Shown piece after piece: positions 62,761-64,000 of a stretch of 64,000 nt of DNA. This DNA is from Octopus sinensis (taxonomy: Eukaryota), in the NCBI RefSeq assembly GCF_006345805.1, contig NC_042997.1, positions 82,398,001 to 82,462,000 of the forward strand, given 5' to 3'. Under the pieces are notes generated by a model. It was not told the DNA's origin. It worked only from the letters and a program-made list of their open reading frames with translations, and made no database searches. Position 1 is the stretch's first letter; each line of letters starts with the position of its first letter. A program made the translations under genes and the position numbers.

Positions 62761-64000
62761 CTAGGGTATGACTTTTCTTAAATTTGATGTTACCAAATTA
62801 ATATCCAATTTTTCACCTTCATTTTAATTTTAATTTTAAATTAATACGTTCTCAAACCAGCAAAAGCTACTGCAGTGAATTATTTCATGCAGTATTTTTT
62901 ATGGTATTTTAGTGTGCCAAAACGAGGACTTTTGAAAAATAACCACAAATGTAATAGGTAGAACTACATATATGTTCGACCTTGTGCGGACGTCTGGTGT
63001 GTAGTTCTGCAAATTACATTTGTATGGACGATCATACTGAAGATCTATGGACAAATTGCGTAAGTAAAATTACGTAATCTGTTGATAGTGAAACATTGTT
63101 TATGATTAATCTATATTTTTGTTACTTTTCATTTGTCTTGCTCGCTTACATTTCTGGTGTTTGCTAAATTTTCTGGAGAACATTTCTTAGTGGTAAGACC
63201 ATAGCGGATCTACTTCTAGCATTAGGGCTATCCACATAGTGGTCACCCCTCTCATATGTATGTAATACAATTTACTGAACCTCAGTTTTTTAATATGCTA
63301 GACCATTGGTGTTAAATTGATGTTACCAAATTAATATCCAATTTTTCACCCTCATTTTAATTTAATATTTTATATATATATACATACATACATACAAGAA
63401 CACACACACACATTATGAGAGTAACAGGTCCCTAAAAACCTTACCATAATACAAAATCCTGTAACACAAAATTAATCTCCCCATTGATTTTAATGTTATC
63501 AAATGACAAAGTGTACTGGTAAATTTTTAGTGGATTTTTGAAACAGATCTCATGAATAAAATGTATTTCTTGTAGCTTTTTTTTTTCCAGTATTTTTCAT
63601 TATTTATTCTATCTCACATTCTAAAATACATGTAATTCACATTTAAAGAAGTTTTTTTTAAAATCTGTGTTTCAAACTTCTTGGAATAGCTGTCACAATT
63701 AAAAATCAGTTTTTGTTTCCTTCCTGTATTTTTCATAATTTTATATCACATTTTCTGACACATTTGTAATTCATATTTTTAAAAACAGACTTTCTATAAA
63801 AAAAAAAGCCATGTTTTTCAAATTTTTAAACCCTTCTCCCTTTCCTATGCTGCAAAAATTAAATGAATTTAAGCTGGTCATCATTGTTGCAGCTTAAATC
63901 TTGTGACATTTACGATGCATGTGTAAAAACAAGCTTCATCTACTTCACACTACACTTGTGCAACCTTCCTAAGACATTTTTGGTGCATAGTGCCAGTTCC

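Overview
AT-rich, microsatellite- and transposon-dense animal genomic DNA; an octopus-like (coleoid cephalopod) origin is inferred from the repeat landscape, not proven. Two spliced genes were reconstructed by hand with consistent GT-AG sites and phases. (1) CCDC34 on the minus strand: 3 coding exons (47427-47066, 43915-43365, 1535-1384; 354 aa). (2) An 8-coding-exon plus-strand gene (12335-40230; 389 aa) encoding a Dpy-30 motif, coiled coil and ankyrin-type repeats, nested entirely within the 41.8 kb last intron of CCDC34. The rest is fossil mobile DNA: RTE, R4/Dong-type and Penelope-like retroelements, tRNA-derived SINEs, mariner/maT, pogo-like, Chapaev-like, piggyBac-type MITEs and Helitrons. 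The most unusual signal is a set of hammerhead ribozyme (HHR) motifs in the introns. Some have canonical cores (13024-13148, and a twin pair in a ~380 bp inverted repeat at 24187-25144). Others have atypical cores (a G3-C8 swap at 16441-16491, A6U in Penelope termini, an inferred U4C pair at 20834-20925), and several are arranged as outward-facing inverted pairs. An RTE 3' UTR also carries a copy-number-variable array of double-hairpin ~62 bp units. No rRNA, bona fide tRNA or CRISPR array was found. Repeat boundaries are approximate; no database search or folding program could be run.
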